Virus record (IMG/VR): IMGVR_UViG_3300036790_000395
Location: 1-61,963 of that record
Origin: a virus
Lineage: Duplodnaviria > Caudoviricetes
Length of the DNA: 61,963 nucleotides
Strand: one strand, 5' to 3'
Within the stretch, counting starts at the first letter, position 1. The number at the start of each line of letters is the position of its first letter. The position numbers and the translations under genes were made by a program. The notes beneath the pieces were generated by a model. That model made no database searches. It was not told where the DNA came from and was given only the letters and a program-made list of their open reading frames with translations. Shown one piece after another: positions 36,164-46,967 of the stretch.

Positions 36164-38330
36164 TCGTTGGTGCGCTGCCCCGCTGAAGCCGGGGGAGCAG
36201 AAGCGCTTCACGCCCGAATACCACTCCCTCGCCGCCTGCGAGCAGGGCGTGGCACATCTGAACACGCTCGTCGAGCAGGACTTCGAGCATGACCGGATCG
36301 TAGCCGCGCGCGACCCGAACAAGCGGCCCGAAGAGACGCTGGAAAAAGACGAGGTGCGCTGGATCGAGAACGAAACATTACTCTGCCGAATTGATTTTCG
36401 CTACTTCATCAACCATTACGTATTCATCAAGAACGAAGAGGATCAGGTCTGCCGGATGCGGCCCTGGAAGTCGCAAGAGATCTTCCTGGACATCGTAGGC
36501 GAGATGGAGGAAGAGGGCCTCGCGATCTTCCTGCAGGTCTTGAAGGCGCGCCAGTTGGGCATCTCGCGCATCATCTCGCTGATCCTGCTGCACCGCGTCA
36601 TCTTCTTCGCGAACATCAACGCCTTCATGGCGTCGAGCACTGAGGCGAAGACCGGCCTGCTGTTCGACATGGCGGACTTCGTACTCGACCGGCTGCCCTG
36701 GTGGATGCGCCCGACTGAGAAGTTCCGGCGCGAGAACAAACTGCTCGAACTCTACAACGGCTCGGGCGTCACGCTGCAGCACGGGCAGCAAGGTACAGGT
36801 ATCGCTCGTGGAACAACGCCTACTGTGGCACATATTTCGGAGCTTGCCGAATTTGACGACCCTTCTTCTCTTATCGACTCATCGCTCCTTCGAGCTATGC
36901 ACCCTAGTGTTCGTTCTTTTCTTGCTCTTGAGGGCACTGCGGAAGGGATCTTGAATTGGTGGCACAAGAAATGGAAGTCTAGTAAAGCTCTCTGGCCGGA
37001 GCGCCGGGGCAGGTTGCGGCCACTCTTCCTGCCCTGGTTCGTCGGGGGCCTCTACCCGAAGAAGGTCGATCTGAAGGCTCGTCCGGTGCCGCCGAACTAC
37101 GCCGAAACGATGCTGCCGTGGGCGAAGGCGCACGCACAGATGGCGGCTGAATACGTGCATTCGACCGACTATCTGCGGCGGCATTTGGGCGACAACTGGC
37201 AGATGCCTATCGAGCAGATCTGGTACTACGAATCCGAGCGCGACATGGCGATCCGCGAAGGCCGCCTGTCGCGATTCCTGCAGGAGATGCCCGCCAATGA
37301 CGATGAAGCTTTTCAATCTACAAACATCAGTGTCTTTGACACGGACACTATTGTCTACTATCGAGACAACGCCCATCGACAGCCGCTCGCAGGCTGCTAT
37401 GGACTTCGAGGCCCGAGTGAGTACCTGCCTGCGCGACTGCAACCAAGCCCTCTTCTCATTGATAGCTCTCTACCGCCGATCCCTATCGTTGCCGACTGGC
37501 AGGGATCAACCGGACACCCGATAGAGTTCGAGTTAGTCCCGCTGCGCTTCGACGGCTGGTCGCTCGAAGACGACTCCTCTTCGATAGACAAGATCTACAT
37601 CTGGGAGCACCCGATGCCGGGCTACACCTACGGCCTCGGCGCGGACACGTCAGACGGCATCGGCAAGGACCGGACGGTAGTCGAAGGCGTGCGCAAAGGC
37701 TCGATCTACGGACCGACGCGGCAGGTGTTCGAATTCGCTTCGTCGAAGATGAACGCCCTCGACAGCGTACCGTTCCTGCTGGCGCTCGGCACCTACTACT
37801 CCGTGCCCGATGACGACGGCGAGCTGATGCAGCCGCGTATGGCTATCGAGTGCCGGGGGCACGGCGACCAAGCGCAGAACATCTTGCGCATGCTCGGCTG
37901 GCGCAACTTCCATCCCTGGATCGATAAGCAGATAGACGACAAGAAGCCGAATTTGGGCAAGTTTCACAAGCTCGGCGTATTCACGAACGAATGGTTCCGC
38001 TCGGGCTTGATGGAAATGATGATGAAGATGCTGCGGGACTGCGAGATCGAGATCTGCAGCCCCTTCTTCGTGCGCGAGATGGAGAGCTTAGAGGGCGACG
38101 AGTTCAGCCAATCTCTGCGCGCCGCGTATGGCGGCAATGACGACCGCTTCATGGCGTTGGGCTTCATCGTGGTCTCGTTATTCCGCTTCGACGCGGAGCA
38201 GTTCCGATCCGCGCGCATCAAGGCGTATAGCGGCAAGCCAGCGCTGGCCCGCGCCAAGCTGAGGGAGTATGCCTCCTGGCCCGAGAGCTGGCAGACCAGG
38301 AACGATCAAGGGATTTATGTTGAACATTAA
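36129..38330 (+). CDS. terL: Terminase large subunit
   Basis: VLKARQLGIS, AHISELA, LEGTAEG, GADTSDGIGKD, DDRFMA. Confidence 0.92.
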   Translation: MYSPKTIQQKIDRWCAAPLKPGEQKRFTPEYHSLAACEQGVAHLNTLVEQDFEHDRIVAARDPNKRPEETLEKDEVRWIENETLLCRIDFRYFINHYVFIKNEEDQVCRMRPWKSQEIFLDIVGEMEEEGLAIFLQVLKARQLGISRIISLILLHRVIFFANINAFMASSTEAKTGLLFDMADFVLDRLPWWMRPTEKFRRENKLLELYNGSGVTLQHGQQGTGIARGTTPTVAHISELAEFDDPSSLIDSSLLRAMHPSVRSFLALEGTAEGILNWWHKKWKSSKALWPERRGRLRPLFLPWFVGGLYPKKVDLKARPVPPNYAETMLPWAKAHAQMAAEYVHSTDYLRRHLGDNWQMPIEQIWYYESERDMAIREGRLSRFLQEMPANDDEAFQSTNISVFDTDTIVYYRDNAHRQPLAGCYGLRGPSEYLPARLQPSPLLIDSSLPPIPIVADWQGSTGHPIEFELVPLRFDGWSLEDDSSSIDKIYIWEHPMPGYTYGLGADTSDGIGKDRTVVEGVRKGSIYGPTRQVFEFASSKMNALDSVPFLLALGTYYSVPDDDGELMQPRMAIECRGHGDQAQNILRMLGWRNFHPWIDKQIDDKKPNLGKFHKLGVFTNEWFRSGLMEMMMKMLRDCEIEICSPFFVREMESLEGDEFSQSLRAAYGGNDDRFMALGFIVVSLFRFDAEQFRSARIKAYSGKPALARAKLREYASWPESWQTRNDQGIYVEH

Positions 38331-38483
38331 AGTCGCTATTTGCATGGAATGCGGCGGTCAAATCTTACCGGAGTGGACGAAAGAGCACTTCGACGAGGAA
38401 CACAATGTTGTCGAGTTTGAACAGGGGTATGCAGAATTGTTACCACCGGAGTCCGCTGATTAAGGGGGCCGTGTAGAGTCTAC

Positions 38484-38714
38484 ATGAGAATCGCGCAGTC
38501 GAGCCATATTTACGGGCACGAGTACGATCCGCAAAGCCGCCGTCTGGTGATCCAGTTCACCAACGGGGCTATTTACAGTTACGAAGGCGTTCCGCCGACT
38601 GAGTACCACAATATGGCGCAATCCAACAGCGCCGGTCAGTATTTCCATTCGAAGATCAAAGGCCGCTACGAGACCAATATGGTCGCTGCCGGGGCCGCCA
38701 TGAGGAGAAAATGA
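38484..38714 (+). CDS. KTSC domain protein
   Basis: SSHI...YDPQSRRLVIQFTNGAIYSYEGVP...SAGQYFHSKIKGRY. Confidence 0.9.
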   Translation: MRIAQSSHIYGHEYDPQSRRLVIQFTNGAIYSYEGVPPTEYHNMAQSNSAGQYFHSKIKGRYETNMVAAGAAMRRK

Positions 38715-39289
38715 TCATCTGCCCGAACTGCGAACAGCAGCTTCTATCGTCCGACTATTACACGGTGCGCGACTCGGAGAACATCGTCGCGCGCTGCGGC
38801 AAATGTAACGGTCCGTTCGACCCGCTGCTGATCTACTACAACGGCTCGACCGCTAAGAAGTTCGACCCTATCGTGCTGCACGTCTCAAACGAAGACCCGA
38901 ATCAGATCTCGTTCCCTGGCCGCTCGGACGAAGCGGTAGCGGAAGGCTATCACAAGGTCGAGATCACCAATCTGCGGGAAGCCGATCAGTGGACGAGCCG
39001 CATCAACCACTACGAGAAAGGCGTCACCGAAGGCTACCGGCAATCGGAGAAGCAGTATTGGGATGAAGTCACGGCGCAGCGCCGGGCTGACATCCGCGCG
39101 CGCATCGGCGACAACCCGAAAGCGAAGGCGTTGTTCGAGCAGGTGCAGAAGTTCGTGGACGCCAAGCGCGCCCGGCGCTATTCGAAGAAGCTCGACCCGC
39201 GCGGGCACTTCCAGGTGATTGCGTATGACTCGTCCAACCGCATGAGCCATTGCGATGTGACGACCGGATGGAAGGAGAAGAAAGCATGA
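38711..39289 (+). CDS. Hypothetical zinc-ribbon protein
   Basis: CPNC...CGKC. Confidence 0.65.
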   Translation: MIICPNCEQQLLSSDYYTVRDSENIVARCGKCNGPFDPLLIYYNGSTAKKFDPIVLHVSNEDPNQISFPGRSDEAVAEGYHKVEITNLREADQWTSRINHYEKGVTEGYRQSEKQYWDEVTAQRRADIRARIGDNPKAKALFEQVQKFVDAKRARRYSKKLDPRGHFQVIAYDSSNRMSHCDVTTGWKEKKA

Positions 39290-39834
39290 GCGCTGATTTG
39301 ACTAATGAACAGAAAACCGATCTGCTTATGGCGGCGCGACTCGCCGTCGCGTCCGAACAGAAGACCGGCTTCCCGGCGCGGCTAACGGTTGCGCAGTGGG
39401 CGGAAGAGAGCGGATGGGGCCGGTATCAGCCGGGCTGCAATTGCTTCGGCATCAAGGCGTACCAGGGCTGCCACGGCACGCAGACCCTCTTTACGCATGA
39501 GTACGTCCATGAGCACCTGAAAGCGATCAATCAGGTGTTCGCCACGTTCCCGAATCTGGAGGAGTGCTTCGACTATCACGGCCAGCTCATCACCGAAGCG
39601 CCGATCTACCGTGCGGCGTGGACGGATTATCTCAAGCGGACGCTCGACCCGGAGCTGCTCATCCGCGACGTGGCGGTGCATTATTCGCCCGGCAACCTGA
39701 ACTACGCCTCGCACGTGATCGCGCTGATGCGCGACGCCAACGTGATCTCGGCGGTCGCTACCGCGCAGCAGGAGGCGGCTGCACAACTGCAGGCAAAGGC
39801 AGAACCGGCTAAGCCCGAACAGGCAGAAGCGTAA
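39286..39834 (+). CDS. GH73 glucosaminidase / FlgJ-like peptidoglycan hydrolase
   Basis: AQWAEESGWG, NCFGIKA, THEY, FATF. Confidence 0.88.
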   Translation: MSADLTNEQKTDLLMAARLAVASEQKTGFPARLTVAQWAEESGWGRYQPGCNCFGIKAYQGCHGTQTLFTHEYVHEHLKAINQVFATFPNLEECFDYHGQLITEAPIYRAAWTDYLKRTLDPELLIRDVAVHYSPGNLNYASHVIALMRDANVISAVATAQQEAAAQLQAKAEPAKPEQAEA

Positions 39835-41963
39835 TGGCGTTCTCGATCATCCAGCGCGACTTCGACAGTGGCTACATCTGTCCTCGTCCCTTCGACCTCT
39901 CGGGCAACATCAAGTTCTCGCGCGATAAGCTGCTCTCGTGGACGAACGATGTCGTGACGGATGGCCGCTCTTATCTGCGCCTGCAGCCCGCCTATAAGTA
40001 CATCGACGACGGCTTGAGTCTGGTGAACGGCGATCTGGAGAACGTCCCGAATGCCGCTCTTTCCGACTACACCGCCGAGATGACAGTCCGCAACTTGAAG
40101 GAGCTGGTCGCCGCGCAGACCAACATCCGCGTCATCCCGGCCTTCAAAACCGAGATCCCCGAGTTCGAGAAGCAGCAGGACATCTTGAACAAGAGCTTCA
40201 TGGGCTGGCAGAACGGGACGTTCTTCGACCGGCGCTTACGCAAAGGCTGGCAGTACGCCTCGGCAACCGGCACCGGCTACATCGGCCTGCGGTATGACGC
40301 GCACTATTGGCGCAAGGGCAAAGGCGACATCGTGTGCGACGCCTACGGGCCGCTCGACGTACTGCCGATAGGCATGGGCCGCCAGCACGATCTGCAGAAG
40401 GCTTACGCGGTCGCACTGCGCGTTGAGACGCCGCTGCATGAAGCATGGCGGCTATTCCCGACCTACGCGGATAAGATCAAGGCTTCCCGCGAGAACGCCA
40501 AAGGCCGGGGCACCGTAACCTCGCGCGCGGTGAAATTCGCGTCCGCCGCGCTGCGCCGATTCGGGGCCGGGCTGACCAACGAACACGAAGCAGCGCCGTG
40601 GGAGATGGTCGATATCTACTACATCTATGTAGATGACGACTCGGTGAACAACACCGGGCAGCCAATGGCGATGGGCGAGGTAGGTACGAGCTGGTATTAC
40701 ACGGTGCCTTACGTCGGCCAGGATTTGAAAGTCGGCGAGACGAAAGCAGGGCAGCCGATCACGCGCAAAGCGGTGTTCGAAGACTGCTATCTGTATCCCA
40801 ACAAGCGGCTGGTGATCGCGACTGACGACGTGGTGCTCAACCCCGATCCGATTACGCAGGTTAGCCCCTACTGGCACTCGCGCGTGCCGGTCGTACAACT
40901 GCGGGCGGATGACTGGCCTTGGACCTTCTTGGGCTTCCCGGTGACGCGCGGCGGCCTGAACTTAGAGAAGAACTCGAACAAGGTGATGCGCGGCATGATC
41001 GACGCCATGAACGCCCGTCTGTCGCCCCCGCGAGCCTTCGACCGCAACGCGGTGAGTCAAGGGCTGATGCGCGCAATGGATACGCGCGTGCCGAACCAGA
41101 TGGTCGGCATGGACTTCACGTTCGGGTCCGACTCGCCGGTCCGGCCCTTCCTGCCGGTCAATCATTACGAGTTCCCGGCGTTCTACTCCGAGGTCATTCA
41201 GCAGATCGAGCAGCGCATGACGCATCAGATGGGCGTGGCGGACGCTGCGGCAATGGCGCGCGCGCGGCAACTACCCAGTGGAGATTCTGTGGAAAAGATT
41301 ATGGAATCTCTCGGGCCGCTCATCAAGGACATGAGCCGCAACATGGAGGAGTCGATACGCGGCATCGGCGAGATATGGAAGTCCAATTTCTTTCAGTTCT
41401 ATACCGCCAAGCGGCGGATGCAATTGCTTGGGCCGGATGGCTTATCGGAAGAGGACTTCGATTTCGATCCCGGTAATCTGATCCCGAACTCCGAGACCGT
41501 CGTCGAGATGAAGCAGATGGGCGTCGCCGAAGGCGTGCCGTACTTTGACCGCGCCAAGTGGCACAAGGATAACTTCACCTTCAGCGTGACGCCGTACTCG
41601 CTGCACGAACTCAACTCGATGACGCGGCGGCTGTTCATCCTGCAGCTCTCGAAGGCGGGCTTCCCGCTCGACTGGTGGACGATGGCCGATATGTTCGATG
41701 TCAAGAACTTCGGCCCGGTGCCGAATTTCGAAGACCCCGAGACCGGCGAGCAGCGGCCCGCGCAGACGGTATTAGAGCGTTGGACTTGCCAGATGGAAAT
41801 GATGGCCCATATCCAAGCCGCGAATCAGCAGCAGCAGGGAGGGCCAGCTCACGCGGGAAAAAAAGGTCCAGGTAGGCCAGGAACGGGTGCGCAGCCACCT
41901 TCACTTGAGCAGAAAAGTACGGATGCTGGCACCAGATCAACGATACGGGAGAGCAAGCGATGA
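39834..41963 (+). CDS. Portal protein
   Basis: 709 aa, downstream of terL and upstream of scaffold/capsid; TGTGY motif; Gln-rich C-terminus as in P22-like portals. Confidence 0.75.
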   Translation: MAFSIIQRDFDSGYICPRPFDLSGNIKFSRDKLLSWTNDVVTDGRSYLRLQPAYKYIDDGLSLVNGDLENVPNAALSDYTAEMTVRNLKELVAAQTNIRVIPAFKTEIPEFEKQQDILNKSFMGWQNGTFFDRRLRKGWQYASATGTGYIGLRYDAHYWRKGKGDIVCDAYGPLDVLPIGMGRQHDLQKAYAVALRVETPLHEAWRLFPTYADKIKASRENAKGRGTVTSRAVKFASAALRRFGAGLTNEHEAAPWEMVDIYYIYVDDDSVNNTGQPMAMGEVGTSWYYTVPYVGQDLKVGETKAGQPITRKAVFEDCYLYPNKRLVIATDDVVLNPDPITQVSPYWHSRVPVVQLRADDWPWTFLGFPVTRGGLNLEKNSNKVMRGMIDAMNARLSPPRAFDRNAVSQGLMRAMDTRVPNQMVGMDFTFGSDSPVRPFLPVNHYEFPAFYSEVIQQIEQRMTHQMGVADAAAMARARQLPSGDSVEKIMESLGPLIKDMSRNMEESIRGIGEIWKSNFFQFYTAKRRMQLLGPDGLSEEDFDFDPGNLIPNSETVVEMKQMGVAEGVPYFDRAKWHKDNFTFSVTPYSLHELNSMTRRLFILQLSKAGFPLDWWTMADMFDVKNFGPVPNFEDPETGEQRPAQTVLERWTCQMEMMAHIQAANQQQQGGPAHAGKKGPGRPGTGAQPPSLEQKSTDAGTRSTIRESKR

Positions 41964-42086
41964 AGCCGGTGGGGAATCTTATCTACAGGCGTCCCGAATC
42001 CTCCAGCCTATGCATCAGGGTCGAACTGATGCTAGTCGTGCTGGAATCCCCCTTACCGTCTGTTACGACCGGCCAATCTGCATTGT

Positions 42087-42560
42087 ATGTCAGGCGTTAA
42101 ACAATTAAGCGTTCGACAGGGCTGCTATCTGGCAGGCGTCTTCGACTGCATGGGAGAGCTGCACTTCGACCGCATCACTGCGTTCGGCAACCTCTACACC
42201 TTCTACAGTCCGGTGGTCGCCGTCCGCTCGCCGGACAAACCGCTGATCGCGCGCCTGCATTCGGACTTCGGCGGGCTGTTCCGAGGCAGCAAGACCATAT
42301 CGGTGATCTACTGGCGGAAGCGCGAACGGGCGGCGGTTCTACGCGCCATGATCCCGCACTTGCTACTCAAGCGCGAGCAGGCAGAGCTGCTGCTCGAATT
42401 CATAGAGCACCTGACGATAGATGGCCGCGACCATATGCCCGAAGAGCGGGCACGCCGGGCAGAGATTATCGAGGAGGTAGATAGGCTAAATGCCAGCACA
42501 AAAGCACACCAAGAAAGCGAACAGCGCCAAGAAGAAGAGACAGTGGCAGCGCGTAGTTGA
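42087..42560 (+). CDS. Single-motif LAGLIDADG-like endonuclease (possibly degenerate)
   Basis: YLAGVFDCMG, DFGG, IPHLLLKREQAELLLEF. Confidence 0.7.
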   Translation: MSGVKQLSVRQGCYLAGVFDCMGELHFDRITAFGNLYTFYSPVVAVRSPDKPLIARLHSDFGGLFRGSKTISVIYWRKRERAAVLRAMIPHLLLKREQAELLLEFIEHLTIDGRDHMPEERARRAEIIEEVDRLNASTKAHQESEQRQEEETVAARS

Positions 42561-42654
42561 CAGCGTAGAGTCGCGCGGCGGTGACCGCGCCTCGGCCATC
42601 ATCCAAGCCAACGGCGTACTGAAGAATCGCGGTCGCCGCCACAAGAAGCGGTAG
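42490..42654 (+). CDS. Small basic ChaB-like protein
   Basis: MPAQKHTKKANSAKKKRQWQRVVDSVESRGGDRASAIIQANGVLKNRGRRHKKR; GAGGAGG upstream. Confidence 0.6.
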   Translation: MPAQKHTKKANSAKKKRQWQRVVDSVESRGGDRASAIIQANGVLKNRGRRHKKR

Positions 42655-42669
42655 CCGTGTAGACTCTAC

Positions 42670-42885
42670 ATGAACAATGGGAAGCCCCAAAATGGCATCG
42701 ACGCGCAACGGCTAGCCGGTCAGAAGCCGGATAAGGTCCGCCAGGAGATCGTCTTCCCGGTCGCGACGCTCGACGACGTGCTCGCTTCCATCCGGCGCGC
42801 GGGCGGAACCGGCGAGCTGAAGATCAATTTCCGCAACGGACAAGCGCGCGGCGAGGCCAAATGGGCGGGCGTCGTGAAAGAGTGA
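42670..42885 (+). CDS. Hypothetical protein
   Basis: TGELKINFRNG; start overlaps a palindrome site. Confidence 0.55.
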   Translation: MNNGKPQNGIDAQRLAGQKPDKVRQEIVFPVATLDDVLASIRRAGGTGELKINFRNGQARGEAKWAGVVKE

Positions 42886-43049
42886 GCTAATTCGTCTCAA
42901 CAATTCTTCTCGTTTTCAGCGGATTATTTTGGCGCAAGGCTTGCATCGCTGCTCATCCTCGCTTACTCTGTGACTGAAGAGCGCGGATTACCGATAGTTC
43001 TTTGATGCCTCATCATCGTTGAACGACCCTTCAGCAAGGTCAGCGAATT

Positions 43050-43113
43050 CGGCCCGTATCCAATCACCTTTACCCCCGGTCAGAGGTGTGCGGATACGGG
43101 CCGTTTTGTTTTT
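43050..43113 (+). terminator. Long hairpin plus T tract
   Basis: CGGCCCGTATCC...GGATACGGGCCG-TTTTGTTTTT. Confidence 0.6.
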
Positions 43114-43182
43114 CGGCTAGCCCGTTGGCGTCTTGAAACCAAGTACCGATAGCCGAAGGCAGTCGGAGAAAGGAGCTAAGCA

Positions 43183-43248
43183 ATGGAGTTCAATACTGAG
43201 CACGTAGCTAGCAGGCGCGGTCGGCATCGCGGCAAAAAGCGGCGCTAA
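43183..43248 (+). CDS. 21-aa Arg-rich peptide
   Basis: AAAGGAG Shine-Dalgarno; MEFNTEHVASRRGRHRGKKRR. Confidence 0.5.
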   Translation: MEFNTEHVASRRGRHRGKKRR

Positions 43249-43354
43249 CCCAACCAAGTAATGGGCGGGGCTAGCACGACTAACACCGGCTGCCCCGTCC
43301 AAAACCGTTAACCGTAAGCACTGTAGAGGAACAACCCTTCACTTCGTACCGAAT

Positions 43355-43678
43355 ATGCCGATTCTACCCGGCGCTGCCTCGACAAGCCAAGACCAGGACA
43401 CGGCGCTGAATTCGCCTCCGCAGGCCAGTCCATCTATGCTGGCCGGAGACTCGGGAGCAGCGTCTCCCGATCAAGCGCAACCGAACTCCAATGAAGGTCT
43501 GAAGCAAGTCACGCAGCAGGTACGGCAGCTCCTCGTCACAACGATGGATCTGGCCCGGCAGTTTCCCGCTGCCGCGCCAGCCTTTCGCAAGGCGACCGAA
43601 GGACTCCGCGCAGGGCTGAAATCAATCGTATCGAACCCCGGCCAACCTGAACCCCCGGCACCGGACATCGGAGGCTAG
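43355..43678 (+). CDS. Hypothetical head-module protein
   Basis: Position upstream of the scaffold gene. Confidence 0.6.
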   Translation: MPILPGAASTSQDQDTALNSPPQASPSMLAGDSGAASPDQAQPNSNEGLKQVTQQVRQLLVTTMDLARQFPAAAPAFRKATEGLRAGLKSIVSNPGQPEPPAPDIGG

Positions 43679-43743
43679 CCAATATCGATGTCTCGGGGAT
43701 ACTTCAGCGCGGCGGGGGATCAGCAACCCGAAAGGACTGAACC

Positions 43744-44757
43744 ATGCCAGTAGATCAAGCGACACTCGACCGTTACATCACGGATGTGGCGGGCGACGAC
43801 CAGGATCTCGCCAAGATGTTGCGCGAGCAGATCGGCTCGAAGCCGGAAGCCGCGACCAGATTCGTTGGTGGATTCACGCGCACCCAAGACTATACGCAGA
43901 AGACGCAGGCGCTCGCGGCGGACAAGCAGAAGTTCGAAGCGGCGCAGGTGGATTATGAAGCCCGCATTACGCAGGCCGACGCGGAGAAGGACAGGATCAT
44001 GCGGGATCTCGCGAACGAGCGGATCTCGGCATCGCGAGCCACGGCGTTACTCAAGACCGTCAAGGAAGCCTATGGGCTGACCGACAACGATCTACCCGGT
44101 ATAGACGACATCAAGCAGACCCAACAGCAGGGGCGCGTTGTAGACTCTACACCGGATATCGACGAGCGGCTGAAGTCGTTCAAACAGGACATTCTCTCCG
44201 AGATCAACAAGGTGTTGATTCCTGAGATCAGCGGTCTCGCCAAAATACCGACCATCTGGAACCATATCGAGCGCGAGCACCAGCAGCTATTTGGTAAGCC
44301 TCTATCGCAGAAGGAATCCGACGACATTCTCTCTGAGGCAAGCAAGAAAAATCAATCGCTCGTCTCCGTTTGGCAGGACAGGTACAGTGTAGCCGATAAG
44401 CGGCTCGAAGTCCGCGACGAGGGCAACAAATCGAAGTGGCGGCAGGAGTGGGAAGACGAGCAAGCGAAGAAGAACCAAGAACTCGCGCTGCAGGGCGTTC
44501 GGCCCGGCACCGAGGATGAGTTCCTGCGCGAGCGTCAGTCGCCCATCTTCCGCAAGAACTTCATGCCGCAAGACGCAGAGGGCGATAGCGGCAATACCAG
44601 CAGCAACAACGGCAACACCAGCAAGCAGGCTCCCCCGGTGCATAACGATGCAGAGCGGGAGCGGCTAGGCGGCGCAGAACGCGCAGCCGCGAAATTCATG
44701 GAGCGCAGGCGCAACGGCATCCCCTTCGGGCAGCCGGAAACACGCAAGGCTTCGTAA
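43744..44757 (+). CDS. Capsid scaffolding protein
   Basis: GFTRTQDYTQKTQALA motif, coiled coil, directly upstream of the capsid gene. Confidence 0.8.
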   Translation: MPVDQATLDRYITDVAGDDQDLAKMLREQIGSKPEAATRFVGGFTRTQDYTQKTQALAADKQKFEAAQVDYEARITQADAEKDRIMRDLANERISASRATALLKTVKEAYGLTDNDLPGIDDIKQTQQQGRVVDSTPDIDERLKSFKQDILSEINKVLIPEISGLAKIPTIWNHIEREHQQLFGKPLSQKESDDILSEASKKNQSLVSVWQDRYSVADKRLEVRDEGNKSKWRQEWEDEQAKKNQELALQGVRPGTEDEFLRERQSPIFRKNFMPQDAEGDSGNTSSNNGNTSKQAPPVHNDAERERLGGAERAAAKFMERRRNGIPFGQPETRKAS

Positions 44758-44776
44758 CGACTGATAAGGAGAAAGC

Positions 44777-45928
44777 ATGGCAGATCCCATTCTTGATGAG
44801 ATCAATTTAACTACTTTGCCAGAAATCAACGATTCCTGCATCGAAGACCTCTTCTTCATGGGATCTGTTTTGCAGGCGCACTTACGGGCGAAGTGTCTCG
44901 TTCCCTTCAAAGGGGGCGCGTATACCCGCAACACCTTCCTCTACAACCCGCTGAACGGCGGCGCGTACTCGAAGGGCGTCGGCGGATTCAACCTATCGAA
45001 GCCGAACACGCTCGGCGGCACTCTGTTCGACCCCCGATTCTATCTCGTTATGGTCGTCGAGTACCTGGAAGACATCGACGTGCTCAACACAGGTGATCTA
45101 TCGGTGTTCTCGTTGCTAGAAACCGATATGGCGAACGCCTACCAAACGATCTCGGCGATCATGGCGCTCGACATCCAGCAGAACGGCCAGTTCGCGCCGC
45201 GCACGATCAACATCAACGGTTGGGTTGAAGCGATCAACGACGGCATCGTGCCTTCCTGGGACGGCAACGTTTACACGTCCTACGGCACCGCGCCAAGGAA
45301 TGCGAACGTGCGGCGAGCGCTCAACGGCAACGTGTTTTGGGCTGGTACGCCCGCAGGCGCAGCCGGACCGATCAGCTATCCGCTGCTGAACGCGGCGTAC
45401 AACCTCGCCCGGCGCGGCAAGGATGAGCCGGATCTGTTCTGCGCGAACAAACCGCTGGTTGGGTTCATCGAGAACCGCATGCAGCCGCAGCAACGATTCG
45501 GCCAAGATAGCGCATCTGTCCGCGATCCGTTCTTCGGGGCGACCGGCTTCCGCTTCAAGAACGCGCTGGTCATGCAGGACGACTATTTCCCGTCCGCTCT
45601 CGGGTATCCGTACTCCGATCCGACATGGGGCGGCTTGGGCAACAACCAGACCGGCACGATCAGCTATACCCCGCCGACCACGGCACCGAACAACTTCCCG
45701 AATTCAGCGTCAGGCGTCTCGCAACTGACGGTCGGCGAAGTCGGCGTGTTCTTCAACACGTCGCGCATCAAGTTCCGCATCTCGAATTCGAAGGAGTTCG
45801 GCTTCAACCCGACCGACTTCATTCGCAGCGCAGACTCAACGCGAGTTGCCAGTCAGCTCAAGGCTGCAGTGAACATGGAGTTCACCGCGCCCTGGTCGAA
45901 CGTGCAGCTCTACGGGGTGAACGGGTAA
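44777..45928 (+). CDS. Major capsid protein
   Basis: 383 aa, strong Shine-Dalgarno, follows scaffold; PDLF...QPQQRF...GFRFKNALVMQD. Confidence 0.8.
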   Translation: MADPILDEINLTTLPEINDSCIEDLFFMGSVLQAHLRAKCLVPFKGGAYTRNTFLYNPLNGGAYSKGVGGFNLSKPNTLGGTLFDPRFYLVMVVEYLEDIDVLNTGDLSVFSLLETDMANAYQTISAIMALDIQQNGQFAPRTININGWVEAINDGIVPSWDGNVYTSYGTAPRNANVRRALNGNVFWAGTPAGAAGPISYPLLNAAYNLARRGKDEPDLFCANKPLVGFIENRMQPQQRFGQDSASVRDPFFGATGFRFKNALVMQDDYFPSALGYPYSDPTWGGLGNNQTGTISYTPPTTAPNNFPNSASGVSQLTVGEVGVFFNTSRIKFRISNSKEFGFNPTDFIRSADSTRVASQLKAAVNMEFTAPWSNVQLYGVNG

Positions 45929-45954
45929 GCGGAAAGGAGAACAAGGAGAAAATC

Positions 45955-46590
45955 ATGCCTGGAATCACTGGATTTCCGAACCCTTCATTCAAGCTCATCA
46001 GCGGCTATCTCAACGGCGAAAACCTATCGGCCTTGGGCGTTGCGGCCCCTGCTTCGTCCGGGATGCTCGTATCGACTTACGGCGGCTTCTTGGGCGGCAA
46101 GTGGGCGCTCTCTGCCGACGATGCGCTCAAGATGTCGAACACCACGACAGGGACGCTTTACGGCGGCCTCTATCAGTGCGTCAAGACCAGCGCCACGGCG
46201 CTCGCCAACCCGTCGCGCGGTCGGCTAGTGTTTTGGGACACGACGGCAGCCGAAGACACTTACCAAGTCTGTCAGGACGAGACGCAGAACGGCGGACTGC
46301 CCGAGTTTGCCGGAGTGCTGCTCAACACGGTAACGCCCGGCAATTACACCTGGATTCAGATTGCAGGCCGGGCCACGCTGCAGCTACGCGCATCGATCAC
46401 ATCTGCGACGCGCTTCATCGGCTGGTCGGGTGCAGGCTCGGGTGTCGATAACGCTACCGCAGACGGCATCGCAGCCAATGCTAGCTTTACTCCTGCGTTG
46501 ATTACCGGCTTGCTCGGTTTGGGCGAAGCGGTAGCCGCAAACGGCGCACTCGCTATCGTGAACCTGCGTAATCTGATCTTGCGTCAATAA
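45955..46590 (+). CDS. Capsid decoration/cement-like protein
   Basis: Follows the capsid gene; YQCVK...AGVLL...GNYTWIQIAG. Confidence 0.6.
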   Translation: MPGITGFPNPSFKLISGYLNGENLSALGVAAPASSGMLVSTYGGFLGGKWALSADDALKMSNTTTGTLYGGLYQCVKTSATALANPSRGRLVFWDTTAAEDTYQVCQDETQNGGLPEFAGVLLNTVTPGNYTWIQIAGRATLQLRASITSATRFIGWSGAGSGVDNATADGIAANASFTPALITGLLGLGEAVAANGALAIVNLRNLILRQ

Positions 46591-46599
46591 GGAGTATCG

Positions 46600-46953
46600 A
46601 TGGCATACGATGGCAGCTATCCCGCACCTCCCGGTAATAAGCCGGTCTCGATTGTTGACGTAGCAGGCCCGTCGAGCTACACGCAGATCACGCTCTCAAC
46701 CGGCGCTGCGCCAAGCGGCGGGCAGGCAGTCAGCGCTCGACACTTTGGTCTGACGGCGCTCGAACGTATCGAGGCGGGCCGCTCAGACGACGGCACTTAT
46801 CAAATCGTCGCGTATCTGACGCCCTTCAACAAGAACGGCACCTCGCCCGGTGCCGTGCTGCAGTGGATCGTTGCATCCACCGGGGCGCAGGCAGCAGCGA
46901 ACGCGAATCTATCGGCGCGCACCGTCCGGCTGTACGCGCAGGGCGCTTACTAA
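46600..46953 (+). CDS. Virion structural protein
   Basis: AAGGAG Shine-Dalgarno; head-module position. Confidence 0.6.
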   Translation: MAYDGSYPAPPGNKPVSIVDVAGPSSYTQITLSTGAAPSGGQAVSARHFGLTALERIEAGRSDDGTYQIVAYLTPFNKNGTSPGAVLQWIVASTGAQAAANANLSARTVRLYAQGAY

Positions 46954-46967
46954 AAAAAGGAGACAAC